DNA of 64,000 nucleotides from Macrostomum lignano (GCA_002269645.1 NIVC01000864.1:62001-126000), one strand, 5' to 3'. Positions 1 to 34,669 are shown, counted from the first letter of the stretch. Numbers and translations: made by a program. The notes: a model not told the origin generated them from the letters alone.

Positions 1-1491
1 TCAGAACTAAAATTTCAGCACTGAGTTTTAATCATTATTCCCAACGTTTTGTCAATTAAAATAAAAACTGTAAATTTTGAAAGAAATACTCGAAATCATC
101 TGGTATGGGATATAGACTTAATCCAACTGTGTCGTCGACTTCATTTCTTTGAAGAGTCGTAGAAAACAAAAGAAAAAGAATTGTAAATTTTGAATAATCA
201 CGCTCTCTTTTGCTTTTTACAAAAAGTCAAAATAAAGTTTTTAATTTGAATTTACTAACTTTTTCTAGATTTTAGCGTAACGTATAAACACTTACAATAA
301 GTTTTGTTTTATTGGCTTTTATTTACCGTTTAGGGAAGACAATTTCCGACGCATAAAATTTTCTAAATGAAATAAATGGCGGATTAGAAAACAAAAATCG
401 CATAATAGAAACATGCGAACTATATTTGCAATTTTGTGCTCGTGTATGTATTATGCTTTATGCTAATTGTATAATTCCAGTTTATATACACCAGTTTTGT
501 CGTCATTTCCACGGTCAAAAGTACGTTCTTCAAGTTACATTGTAGTGATTTGCAAATGTTACTCGTACTTCCTAGCTGATCTACACTTGAAAAATCGAAG
601 TAAGTGATTACATAATTAATTAAGGTATACATAAGGTCGACATGTAATAGTTACAAACTCGATCTGCAACACATACTAAAAGAACTTCATAGAATCTACT
701 GTACATGTACGTATGGTGCTTGGCGGCCGACATAATTTTGAAATTTTCTACCCCTTTTTCATATACTTTTCCTTCATGTATCTCTTCCTCTTTCTCAATT
801 TACTGTACTGTTTTTGTATTAAGTTAGCGCGAATTCCGGTCGCCCGTGTATTAAGATTTTGTCAAAGGACGACTAGAATACACATTGTCTAGCTATAGTT
901 GTAATATAGTCCTTTTGAATTTTGTGTCTCGATCTCGTGTTATGCTGAGCAACAAAGCCGGAGCTGAGCACACGAGTCAAAAATTTAAATTTCGTTCGTG
1001 ATTCCTAATCTACGACTTTTTATGCTCTTTTTCCATTTTCATTTACTTTTGAGACTCATTTTCTCTGTGTTTATTTAAAATGAGTTAAAAATGCTTCTGT
1101 TTCTGTGTTCTGCGTCAAAGCACTCGATCAAGCACTCAGTACAAGCTAAATTGTTAAAATTAATGAAGCGAAAAAAGTGCTTTGTTTAAATACGTTTGGC
1201 GGTAAATCAAAGAAGATTTGCAAATGTTTTATAAAAAAAACCTGCTGGCAACACGGTTTTTATGTCCTTTTTCACGCCAAGGTTCTCAAATCCATGTTTT
1301 AGAAAAAAGGGTAGAAAAAGTTTCAATGAACTTAAAAAAGTACCAAAATGATTTCGATGCAAAACATATTAAATAAATTTAGACAGCTGGTTTCTGATTT
1401 AGTTTTATGTCAGTCAAAGAAATATTTAAAGATTTGAAATCGACTGTCTGTTTGGCCCGCCGCACAGTTGATGAAGGTGGCAGCTGGATGA

Positions 1492-9038
<7,547 letters not shown>

Positions 9039-9439
9039 GCTTGGTGTCGGCTTGGGCTTCTTGTTCAGCGTTCAAGCAGAAGAATTTATGATTTTGTTAT
9101 TGCTTGCTTTCCACACCCAAACTGCTATGCTTAGTCATTGTCGAACTCTGTCATGCGTTGGGAATTGTCTATGGGCAAACTGTGTTTGGCGACTGCTTTG
9201 ACCAAACTGTGTAGAAGAACATTTTATTGACTGGCTTGTTATTATTCATACGTAGACTATGCAAGTATGGTTCTTGCTTTACCGAGCCTCGAAAGCATAA
9301 TCTCTTTTTCGAAGTCTTTTAGGCTCCTATGTCCAAAAAATCAGACTCGTATATTTGCAAAGAAACAAAAAATCATTGGAATTACAATGAAAGGTACTGG
9401 CAATAGAATTAGACATTCCGTAAAAAATAGATGCATAAC

Positions 9440-10484
<1,045 letters not shown>

Positions 10485-10984
10485 AATCTGCTTTTGGAAG
10501 CAAAGCACAGAAAATATGTACAGGTTAGAAGGCGCCGTATCGCAGTGCCAGGATATTGCTTAGCATATGAAACCGCATTGAGCAAATGTTTCAAGAGCCA
10601 CGAGTTCACGCGAGCTTTAAATATTGTACATATACTGCACATACTACTTCCAACATGCACGGGCATGATATTCAATAGCTGGCTTTGATTACGGGTTACA
10701 TTTGTTTTGTACATTATAGGATTATCAGATAATAGACATAAACGCGACGTTGTTTTAAGTTAGTAGGAAATGTTTCTTTTTGCGATTTAGCAAGCTGAAT
10801 CAATTGATACTACTTAATGAGTAGAGTAGAGGCCAACATGGAATTAATGATTATTTAAAAAATTAACAAATTAAATCAGCTTTAACGGGACAGTTGATAG
10901 ACAAGAGAAAGGCTAAGAAACTTAAAGACAAATCGAATGAAGTAAATTCACAGGACGATATTTTGCTTTCGATCTGTCAGGAAG

Positions 10985-12160
10985 GGCTACAGAGGGCCCC
11001 AAGAAACAGAGGGGTGCCAGCTGCAGAGGGGGTGCCAGCTACAGAGGGCCCCAAGAAACAGAGGGGTGCCAGCTGCAGAGGGGGTGCCAGCTACAGAGGG
11101 CCCCAAGAAACAGAGGGGTGCCAGCTAAAGAGGGGGTGCCAGCTACAGAGGGGGTGCCAGCTACAGAGTGGGTGCCAGCTACAGAGGGGGTGCCAGCTAC
11201 AGAGGGGGTGCCAGCTAAAGAGGGGGTGCCAGCTACAGAGTGGGTGCCAGCTACAGAGGAGGCACCAGCTACAGAGGGGGTGCCAGCTACAGAGGGAATG
11301 CCAGCTACATAGTGGGTGCCAGCTACAGAGGGCCCCAAGAAACAGAGGGGTGCCAGCTACAGAGGAGGCACCAGCTACAGAGGGGGTGCCAGCTACAGAG
11401 GGGGCACCAGCTACAGAGGGGGCGCCAGCTGCAGAGGGGGTGCCAGCTACAGAGGAGGCACCAGCTACAGAGGGGGTGCCAGCTACAGAGGGGATGCCAG
11501 CTACATAGTGGGTGCCAGCTACAGAGGGCCCCAAGAAACAGAGGGGTGCCAGCTACAGAGGAGGCACCAGCTACAGAGGGGGTGCCAGCTACAGAGGGGG
11601 CACCAGCTACAGAGGGGGCGCCAGCTGCAGAGGGGGTGCCAGCTACAGAGGAGGCACCAGCTACAGAGGGGGCGCCAGCTACAGAGGGGCGCCAGCTGCA
11701 GAGGAGGTGCCAGCCACAGAATATGGTGCCAGCTACAGAGGGGGTGCCAGCTGCAGAGGGGGTGCCAGCTACAGAGGGGATGCCAGCTACAGAGGGGATG
11801 CCAGCTACAGAGGGGGTGCCAGCTACAGAGGAGATGCCAGCTACAGAGGGGATGCCAGCTACAGAGGGGGTGCCAGCTACAGAGGGGATGCCAGCTACAG
11901 AGGGGGTGCCAGCTACAGAGGGGGTGCCAGCTACAGAGGGGATGCCAGCTACAGAGGGGGTGCCAGCTACAGAGGGGGTGCCAGCTACAGAGGAGATGCC
12001 AGCTACAGAGGGGGCGCCAGCTACAGAGGGGGTGCCAGCTACAGAGGGGGCGCCAGCTACAGAGGGGGTGCCAGCTACAGAGGAGATGCCAGCTACAGAG
12101 GAGATGCCAGCTACAGAGGAGATGCCAGCTACAGAGGAGATGCCAGCTACAGAGGGAGTA
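10985..12160. repeat. 18-bp minisatellite CCAGCTACAGAGGGGGTG with a ~196-bp higher-order duplication
   Basis: Tandem units. The block containing CTACATAGTGGG...CCCCAAGAAACAGAGG recurs at ~11305 and ~11500. Confidence 0.95.
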
Positions 12161-12296
12161 CCAACAATACTTAGTTTATATATTCAGAGTCCACAGTTCT
12201 CTGAAAATTTAAATCGTTGGAAGAAAATAAAAGGAAACTTTGATCAAAGGAACAATCATCAGATTGGAGGATCGATCTCCTTTCCAGCCGGAAGCC

Positions 12297-15200
12297 TCAG
12301 CTCTGCTCGGCGTCGCCTCTGTCCGCATGGAACGGCAACTCGATGGTGTACAGCCCCGCCAGGCCGCAGTGCCGCGAGTTCATCAGGGCGATGAAGTCGC
12401 GCAGGCGGTACAACTCGCTCACCTGGTGGAACTCGGCAAGCAGCACGTGGCTGAAGGTGCCGCGAGACATCGCCCGCTTGTAGAAGGTGATGCGCCGGAG
12501 GCTGCTGCGCTGCGGCGGCGGCAGGCCGTTCAGAATGAACTCAGCACCGCTCCACTCGCGCCAGTTGGTCTCCATGGAGGTCGGGTTGCCGAGCACTTTG
12601 CAGCAGACAATGATGAAGACGGCCTTGTCGGAGAGTGGCGCCCGGCTCAGGTCGCGAAGGCCAGCATCGTTCGAGTCGGTCCAGATGGTGCACAGCTCCT
12701 TGAAGCCGCCTTCGGGTGATTGGGTGACGAGAATGTAGGGTCAAGTACATGCAGCACGTTAAATTTATAGAAAATTTATTAGTAAAGTACATTATCTAGC
12801 ACAAAGTAGACATTAAAGAGGCAAAATCCTTTTAAAATATATTGAATCAATAAGTAATGAAATTAAATAAACTTGTGAATTCCTTGGGTGACTCACGCCA
12901 AGAGGCTTCCGTCACCATCATCTAACAGGTGACGCACACCAAGTGAGTGACTTTGACCTCATCATCTAACAGGAGGTGACGCACACCAAGTGACTTTGAC
13001 CTCATCATCTAACAGGTGACGCACACCAAGTGACTTTGACCTCATCATCTAACAGGAGGTGACGCACACCAAGTGACTTTGACCTCATCATCTAACAGGA
13101 GGTGACGCACACCAAGTGACTTTGACCTCACCATCTAACAGGAGGTGACCCACACCAAGTGACTTTGACCTCATCATCTAACAGGAGGTGACGCACACCA
13201 AGTGACTTTGGCCTCACCATCTAACAGGAGGTGACGCACACCAAGTGACTTTGACCTCATCATCTAACAGGAGGTGACGCACACCAAGTGACTTTGGCCT
13301 CATCATCTAACAGGAGGTGACCCACACCAAGTGACTTTGACCTCATCATCTAACAGGAGGTGACGCACACCAAGTGACTTTGGCCTCACCATCTAACAGG
13401 AGGTCTACAGGAGGAGGACTACCGCGTCAGCATGCGAGAGGTCCAGCGTTTCCTAGCAACTCAGCAGTCACCATCTGCAGCGGCACAAGTTCCTCAGGAG
13501 ACAGCGGCAGCGTCGGCAGCAGAGCCGGCGGCAGAGTCGGCGGCAGCGACAGCCCAATCGCTGGGTGCAGTCAATCTAGATCGGCAAATCGGATTCAGTG
13601 TTGCAGAGCCGGACTTCATGCGAGGACAGAGACAGCAGAGGCCCTACAGAGACCTTGATGAATTTGGCTACCTGCCTTCTTCAAATCAGCATGCGGGTTT
13701 CGAGATGAGAGCGGAGGATCGAACAAGCTCTTCTGAATCAGTAGACGAATGCAGGCTCGGCAACTCTTTGGAGCAAGAGCTGTCGAAAGATCTCTGGAAG
13801 ATGTTGCGCAGAGTGGAGATTCCAACATTCTATGGCGACAAGCAACAGTATGAAGCGTGGAAGGCTGCCTTCATGGCATGCATCGATAGGGCTCCAGCAA
13901 CACCAGAGTTCAAACTGCTGCAGTTGCGTCAGTATTTGCGTGGATCAGCACTGAAGGTGATAGAGCACTTGGGTCATTCGGCTGCTGCCTATCAGGCGGC
14001 CAAGGAGAGATTGGAGCGTGAGTACGGCGGCAAGCGACGACAGTTGGCGCACTACTTGGAAGAGCTAGATAGTTTTCCACCCGTGAAGCAGAATGGTGCC
14101 GAGGAGCTGAAGAAATTCGCGAACATCCTCGATGTGGCTGTAATTAATTTGGAAGAAGCTGGTAAGAACTCCGAACTTAGTGATGGACTGCTTTATGCTA
14201 GATAGCAAAAAAAGTTACCAGAGCCGATGGTCGCAGCATTTCGACGATGGATCTTCGAGAAGGCGAAAGCAGAAGGCGTTAGGACCCTTCAAGAGTGGGT
14301 TTTGCTTGAGGCAGAGTTCCGGACTGAGGCAGCAGAAATTGTGTACGGGGTGGCCGCATCGAGTCAGGAGCAACCAAGAAAGGACAGCAAGCAGAAGGCC
14401 TTCCATGTAGCGCAGCTAAGCAAGAGCTCAAGCAAGGGGAGCTACTCCTGTGTAGTCTGCAAGGAGGCGCACGATCTATGGAAGTGTCCCGCGTTCGGGA
14501 AACTGTCGTCTGAGAACAGATGGAAGGCTGCTCAGGAAGCCAAAGCCTGTTTCCGCTGTCTTGGCCATGGTCACACCGGTATGAACTGCCGACGAGGTCG
14601 AAAGTGCGGCGTTGATGGATGCACCAAATCCCACCATCGTCTGCTGCATTCGACAGCAAGGTCGGAATCGAAAGAGAAGTCAGAAGTCAAAGCCGGTGCT
14701 GAGCAAGAAATGCAGTCGAAGCCGAAAGCTGCAACCGTGACAATGGTCGCTAGAGATGCCAGTGCGGTTTCACTTCGAACGGTTTCGGTCATTCTTAAGG
14801 CTCATCATCTAACAGGAGGTGACGCACACCAAGTGACTTTGGCCTCATCATCTAACAGGAGGTGATGCACACCAAGTGACTTTGGCCTCATCATCTAACA
14901 GGAGGTGATGCACACCAAGTGACTTTGACCTCATCATCTAACAGGAGGTGACGCACACCAAGTGACTTTGACCTCCTCATCTAACAGGAGGTGACGCACA
15001 CCAAGCGATTTAGGTTGCGAGCATCTCACAGACGACTAACCTTGATGATGCACCTGATTCTCGCCGTGGCCCTCGTGGATCACTTTCACCCAGGATGGAT
15101 CGTGAATGAAGGTGTTGGTCGGGTGCAGGTGGAACACTGTATAGCTGAGGAAGGGAAACCGATCTGAAATGGTAAAGTGGAAATTGAATCTATTTAAAAT

Positions 15201-17141
15201 TATTATAAACGCTATGAATGAAAATAATGTTTTAATTATTCTTTGGTAAAACGGTGAAAATTCCTAAATAAAGGAGATTCAGTATAAAAGCACAAATTTT
15301 TATTCACAGCAGTATCATTTTCTCAAAGAGAATTATTGATTCAGACTTTACCTTAAGTTTTATTGATCTAGCGGGAATCGAACCTGGTACCTTAATTTGT
15401 TTTAATTTTTACACCAAAATATCAATTGCCTCTAACTACCATTAAAAGTGCATTTCTTAGAAATGTTCTCACCATACTCTTCGACATTTCTGAGTAGTAC
15501 TCCGCTCTGAAACTGAGGATGCAGCTTCATCACTTTGGACACGTGAACGAATCCGTCCTTGAAGGTTGGGAATTTCGGCGGCGGTGTGATGGTCTCGAAG
15601 AAGTTGAATATGGAATAGAGAGCGTCGGTTGACTTGTCCTGCCTGCCGTCCTCCTATAGAGCGGTGAGGAATATCGGCAATGAACACTGGTGACTCTGTT
15701 GCAGACGTCTATTAAGTCACTTCTTAATCCTGGGATATAATTTCATTTTACGAGCTAGTAACGAACCTCTGTGCTTACGAGGCTCGGATAGCTCAGCGGG
15801 AAAACGCGTCCTACTCTCGCGTCACCAATGACCCCAAGTTCGATTCCGCAGGCGTTTGGAGTTCCTACATACGGAAAGGGCCTGTCAACTTAAAGCTCAG
15901 TTAGTGGATTCCCTAATCATCCCCTTGTTCTCCCCTCTCCCAATTCTAACTTATGTCGCTCTTTGCCAAACCCTGCTAGCTCGTACCTGGTGTCATTATG
16001 AGCAGAATGATGTAAAATTTGTGTACATAGGTTACTCGGGCTCTACTTTATGAGCTTTAGTTGACAGGCCCTTTTGCCTATAGATTCTTTTGTCCTACGA
16101 TTCAGTCCCAACGACAGAAAGTTTTTCATTGCCTACTGGTGAGGGAAAATCAGGGCCGCTCTGTGTGTGTCCTCTGAGACTGACTAACAAACTGCTATCC
16201 TTATTTCCCGTGTACTCGTACTTGAGTATTCAGCGAATAACACGAGTGTACTAATTTTCAACTCATTTTCGTCTGTCCTAGTTGGGAGTACTAAATCAAA
16301 ATTTCAACTTTCTAGCACTTTCCTACGCCTAGAAATTAACCAAAACAAAACGTCAGTAGCAATTGTACCCCCATTCGATAATCTTGCAACACTTTTTGCC
16401 GTCAGTTTGGCCAGAAAACGGCCTGAAGCTCCATAAGATCAAGGAGATGATCGACACAGCCTCCCCAATGATGGTCTAAGCATCTCCAAGATCTCCAAGG
16501 ACATCAATGCCTAGTTCGTCATTGGGTCTCCCAAATGTGTAATTTCTGGTCCACTTTTTGAAGAGGAGGGAGCTGATAGCCAGCAAGCAGTGTTTTTTCA
16601 CTTGGACAACGCTCCCGTTCACACGGCCAACATCGTGCGTGAGTTCTTGGCCAAGCAATTGCCCAACTTAGTAGCATCATTTTGAATTTGTTTCCGAACG
16701 CACCTGGGTAAGCATTGAGAAAACTCCGCAGTTAGATCTACAGAGCATAAAGTTACTTAAATAAACAAAAGTTAAACATTCGCAATAAACTACCATAGGA
16801 TTTCTGGCGTCTTTTGTGCTGAAGGTCTCGACGATATGATCATGAAAATATACTTGCACACTAAAAAAATGTACATCGTAAATGGTTTTGTTTTAAAGCT
16901 TTGATAATTTAGCAAAATTGGCAATCATTGGCGTTTGAAACATCGCAAAAATCAATTTAATAATTGCCTAGATTGATCGATAACTTAACAATAGAACTCA
17001 TACCGAGAAGGTGACCTTTTTAGCGATGTGCCTGGCCGCTATGATGGTGTGCGTCACCTTCGAGAGCCGGTCGGCGCCGCCGAAATTGCGACTAAATCCG
17101 CCATAGGGCAGCATGCGAGAGTGCCGGCGTTCGTCGTCCAT
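12297..17141 (-). CDS. Conserved uncharacterised invertebrate protein, DUF7153-like, 4 exons, ~284 aa
   Basis: Exons 17141-17004, 15653-15473, 15163-15041, 12709-12297. Introns are GT-AG with phases 0,1,1 and the spliced frame is open. Motifs FNFFE, FQSGVLLRNVE, FPFLSYTV, METNWREWSGA, LRRITFYK, RHCGLAGLY match my recollection of DUF7153. The family name is not verified by a search. Confidence 0.75.
12916..15005. repeat. 43-bp minisatellite CATCATCTAACAGGAGGTGACGCACACCAAGTGACTTTGACCT, split by a BEL fragment
   Basis: About 11 units at 12916-13404 and about 5 units at 14801-15005. Confidence 0.95.
13405..14800 (+). mobile_element. BEL/Pao LTR-retrotransposon gag fragment (DUF1759 plus zinc knuckles), no LTRs, truncated at the start of the protease
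   Basis: IPTFYGDKQQYEAWKAAF...KLLQLRQYLRGSALKVI (Pao gag/DUF1759). Knuckles CVVCKEAHDLWKC and CFRCLGHGHTGMNC...CGVDGCTKSHHRLLH. One in-frame TAG at 14203-14205 joins the 257-aa and 212-aa ORFs. The fragment ends at SLRTVSVIL. Confidence 0.92.
15781..15855 (+). mobile_element. tRNA-derived SINE head
   Basis: GGCTCGGATAGCTCAGCGG (A box) ... GTTCGATTCCG (B box). I could not fold a clean cloverleaf. Confidence 0.55.
15875..16074. mobile_element. MITE-like 200-bp element with ~24-bp terminal inverted repeats
   Basis: AAAGGGCCTGTCAACTTAAAGCTCA (15875-15899) versus TGAGCTTTAGTTGACAGGCCCTTT (16051-16074): inverted, with a 1-nt indel. No clear TSD. Confidence 0.6.
16400..16700 (+). mobile_element. 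Degenerate Tc1/mariner transposase relic
   Basis: The + strand translates (with a frameshift) to KRRELIASKQCF-HLDNAPVHTANIVREFLAKQLP, the mariner HxDNAPxH catalytic-domain motif. There is an HTH-like stretch upstream. Confidence 0.6.
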
Positions 17142-19929
17142 CTCAATTTTGCTATGTACAATCGAGCCAGTTGTTGATGGGATTGACAAACTTCAATTTC
17201 CCTACTTAGAACAGTATTTTAGTCTGCTTAGTACATTAGCATTTTGAGATATTTATATTATAACCATGCAGGCAGCTTTTCAGAGGGGAGGGTAAAACAT
17301 AACTCGCAATGCGTATGTGAAACAGCTATAGTAAAAAACACGAAACGATGTCTCAGCCATGCGGGTTAATAGCTAGCTATATTGCACGCACTCCTTCCTT
17401 CTCTATTCTATAATATATACACACTGCCCCCTGTCCTCTCTTCTTCCTCCTCTCTCTTAATTCTCTCCTTTCCCTTCTCGCCCTGTCCGTAAGCAGGAAC
17501 TGTGCAGCGTAGCTACTGACTAAATATGAGATCGTTTAGGTTTAGGAATGCATGCAGTAATGTAATGTAGAGAGAAAGAGAGGAGAAACTGTGGGATCAG
17601 TTCAAATGTGTCGCGTTTTAGCCTCTTTGATCCCCACAATACGTTCCGCGGGCATGACTGCATACGGTTGTGTATGCAGCGGTCGATCCGGTCCAGCCCG
17701 GCCAGCGCATTCAGTCTGTTTCCCATTGCGGAAGGAAATTTTTACCACCGTCGGCCCGTCGTAATATAATGGTATATAGTTCTGTTCTGCTGGCCATAAA
17801 TAAAGCTGATATCGATTCTTGCAGCGCCACGTGAGCATTCGTTTTAAAGATCTACAAATACAGACTGCATAAATAATGTACAATAGATTTGCAGTACTGT
17901 AAATACATGTTGTGCATGTAAGCACGCTGCTAACACAGCTAGTAAAGAAATATATAGTAGTGGACCGACAAAAATACAAGTGCATGTACGAGTAAATTAA
18001 ACGAGCCCCATAATGTTTCTTTATAATCAAGGACTTCATACGCTCGTAGTCCCAAATTTTACGGCTTTTATAACATGTTAATACATTAATATACATATAT
18101 GTATAATACAGTAGTCTCCATGCTACAAAGTAAACGTACGAGTATACATGTAGCTCCACGCTAGTTTTAGCAAGTTAACCAATAAATTTGATGCAGGGGC
18201 TAAAGGAAAGCTTCAAATAAATTCCGATTTTTAAGGTTTGTGAATCTTCTGGGTGACCTCGTGCTGCACAGTACGGTAATGATCTTTAAAATCTGTCACT
18301 TTACAATCTAATCATGTTTTATCTACTATAGCTACTAAAAGTCCTGCGATAATTATTAAATTCGTTCAACGTACTCAAAGGTGCACTTCATACTTATGCT
18401 TCATGCTTGCATCTGTGCTCTGTGTGAATAATTTAAAGGAGGTAAACTAATTAAGAATTCATCCTACTGAATGCCGCGGTGTTTTATACAATTGTTATCA
18501 TTATTTTAACAAAAACAGCTAGAAGTGTTGAAAAATAACTCATTTTAGCTCCAGTTTCCTAGACTAGTTTCTTTAAAAAACATAAGACCTAAATATTGCA
18601 GCTTTAACATAAAATTACCAACAGAAAAACAGAAAGAACCAATTTAAAAAGTTTTCGCCATTTGCAAGTTAACAATTCATTTTCCTTATCCCATGTTGTT
18701 CACTTTATTTCAGTAAAACGAAAACGTTTTGGAGTAGATTATATTTAAAACTTTTTTAAAACAATTTAGCTATGTAAAATTAATTATAACGGTTTGTACT
18801 AGTGCTTTTTGTATCCTTTTTGGATTAATGTTACTACATGTATTCAATCCACTACACACCTACATGCCTTCACCACATAACTTTGCTAACTGAAACTGGA
18901 AAAAATAATGTTGAGTATGATTTTTATATCAAAGTAGCAGATTTTTGCTGTAGAAAATTGATACATATTTTAAAGAAACAATGATATTCACAAATAATTT
19001 TAGAAAAAAACTTAAACATACATATTAGATTTATTTTTTGAAAATTGTGAATTACTGTTACAGTAAGAATTTGATGTTAAATTCACTTTACACATCTATA
19101 CCTTGTATATTGGTTAATGTTTTTTCAGCAAGCATGAATTGAAAAAACCTGAATAATTTTGAAAGCTTAATGGTTTTGTTTCTTCTGCTAGAAAGCATAA
19201 AAGTTATTATTGAAGAAAGTTAAAGAACTTTAACTTTTATAAAGAATATGGAACTATAATGTCCAATTCATTTAAAAATCCAACTAGAAAATGTTAACAG
19301 ATAAATCGGTTAAAGTATATAATATTTTTACAACCAATATATATTTCAGCCAAATTTTAATTTAAAAAACCAAGTAATGATCTTTTAAAATAGATGTTTT
19401 TAGTTTTTTTCTCAAACCTTACTTTGTTGTTAGATATAAATTTATTTAATTCTTTTTCACAGATTGAATTCATTGACTAAGTTTTTCTATTGCTGGTATC
19501 AGATTTCCTTTTTATTAAACTCTTATAAATTTTGCTATTTTGTTTCTAATTGCTCATAGAATTAAATATAAATAAATATTTAAAAATTTTGTATTATGAA
19601 AAATATATCAATTTAAATAGATGAATTGGTAAATTCATTCATCTATATTGCTAATATTTAGACCAGGGGCATTAGACCAATCCAAAAGAATATGGAAGTA
19701 ACAAATTTGGTTGAAAAAGCATTGTTATTACACTTTTATATTTACCATACCATGGAGCAATCTAATCAGTTGCTAACAGATATTTAATCAAATATTTTTC
19801 AATGCAGTTTTAATCAAACTTGTTGCCTGTTCTGAGTTCAAAGGACTAATCACAATGCTTTATGATTTGCAATCAACATTTCAGATTCCTGTATAAATAA
19901 AAATTCTACATATAAATCGAACTGACTCC

Positions 19930-32828
<12,899 letters not shown>

Positions 32829-33314
32829 GCCAAGTGCTAAAAGACACTGACAGCTGTTTGTCCCTCACTAACTAAAAGGGCTTGTTCACTATCTGTTTGT
32901 TTGCAGTTGTCAATCTTCAGCTAATATCTGGCGCTGTTTACTAAACAGTTTTTTCTCATCCAATAATCTAATATCTTTATCAAATTTATAATAACCATAT
33001 TTAAAATGTCCACTTACTCTTTTTTCTCCCAAGAACCACTTTTTGGCCTCAATATTTATTAGCTTTTTCAGGGCCTTTTATTTACAAATTGTTCAAAGCA
33101 TTTCTCTCTCTTTCTCTTCAATGTGTTTTTGTGTCATCTTTTTGATTGAAAGCGGCAAGCCGTGTTGAAATTCTCCTGGTTATAGACAGTCAATTGTTTT
33201 GAAAAAAAAGCAAAATACGCATCGTTTTGTTGTTTTTGTTTCTCTGATTTTTTGATTTTCATGAAATGTATTCGAGTTTTTTGTGTTTAGTCATTTTTGA
33301 AAGCTTGCTCGTTT

Positions 33315-34357
33315 TCAGTTAGAGAATCGAACTAGCTCACTTTCCGCTACCCTGGACTGCTCAATCTGTTCGTCCATCTCCAGGCGCCATCGGACTGACA
33401 GGTGAAAAGCGATTAGATAAGATAATAGCGATACAGCATAGGCCTGCAGGAAGCGCTGCTGCCAATTATACTGCCACATGTAGGCCTTTGTATAGAACTT
33501 CTTGGGTATGTTGCGGTTGAACTGATCCGGTTGGATTATCTGCGCTGTGGCGAACAGTGCGATCGAGGCCATGAGCAGCACTGTGCTCACGATTGACATC
33601 ACCAGGTCGCGTCTGAGTTGATTGGGTTACTGCTCACTGTTGGATTGCAATGATCTCACTGACTGGATTGACCTCCCCTACTCCAATATGAGTAGCTGGC
33701 TTGACCTCCCCTACTTCAATGTGAATAGCTGGACTGACCTCCCCTACTCCAATGTGAATAGCTGGACTGACCTCCCTTACTCCAATGTGAGTAGCTGGAC
33801 TGACCTCCCCTACTCCAATGTGAGTAGCTGGACTGACCTCCCTTACTCCAATGTGAGTAGCTGGACTGACCTCCCCTACTCCAATGTGAGTAGCTGGACT
33901 GACCTCCCTTACTCCAATGTGAGTAGCTGGACTGACCTCCCCTACTCCAATGTGAGTAGCTGAACTGACCTCCCCTACTCCAATGTGAGTAGCTGGACTG
34001 ACCTCCCCTACTCCAATGTGAGTAGCTGAACTGACCTTCCCTACTCCAATGTGAGTAGCTGGACTATCTCTTCTAACCTTAAAATACTCATAGGTACTAA
34101 AACCATGTGCAGACTCGCCTGTTAATAAGCCGCAGCAGCCATTGGTTCTTCATCATCTCGTCGACCAGGGTGAACTGCTTGAGCTCGGCTTCGGGCACCA
34201 GTTTGGACACCGAGTCCTCCGATCTATCGGAAGTCCTCGGCTTCTCCTTAGCCGACTTGTAGCTGGTCAGCTGCGAGTTAGTCAGGCGTTCCAATGCCGC
34301 TTTTCGAATTCCGTCCAAATCCCAGGAGTCCCGGCTGCGCTGCTGCGGCAGAGACAT
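33315..34357 (-). CDS. Orphan small membrane protein, 2 exons, ~178 aa, two predicted TM helices, GC-AG intron
   Basis: Exons 34357-34119 and 33612-33315. The only frame-preserving junction I found is AG|GCGAGT ... CTCAG|A. Hydrophobic stretches are LVMSIVSTVLLMASIALFATA and FLQAYAVSLLSYLIAFHLSV. No family recognised. Confidence 0.6.
33660..34065. repeat. 33-bp minisatellite TGGACTGACCTCCCCTACTCCAATGTGAGTAGC
   Basis: About 12 units filling the GC-AG intron. Confidence 0.95.
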
Positions 34358-34669
34358 AACTGGCTTGGGGCTGGGTTCGATTCGGTTAAAGACTAAAAAT
34401 AAGCTAAATGCAATTTCTCTCTGAATAGAATTATAGTACGTATGCTTTGAGTCTTATTTGTTCAATTTGCTGGATACAAAATTGACTGAACTCCCTATAC
34501 TAAAAATGGTTTCATTTTCAAGATGTCATTTTCAGTTAATGCCATAGACGGTAGATCTACTAGAGTCAATCCACTAGCCGATAGTGTTCTAGCCGATAAG
34601 ATAACACTACTGAATCTCAAGCTCTTAATTTGGTTCTCACTCCCTAGCTCTTGTGAATATAAGTAACTT

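Noticed and set aside
1-1370. AT-rich stretch as a possible DNA-transposon remnant
   Set aside because: No TIR pair, TSD or transposase motif that I could confirm.
10894-12394. (PATEGV)n mucin- or antifreeze-like protein
   Set aside because: The 18-bp array contains frame-shifting 17-bp units and overlapping ORFs in several frames, with no convincing start, signal peptide or splice context.
15781-15855. Functional tRNA gene (also 8591-8660 and 23270-23345)
   Set aside because: A and B boxes are present, but I could not form acceptor and anticodon stems, so these are better explained as SINE heads.
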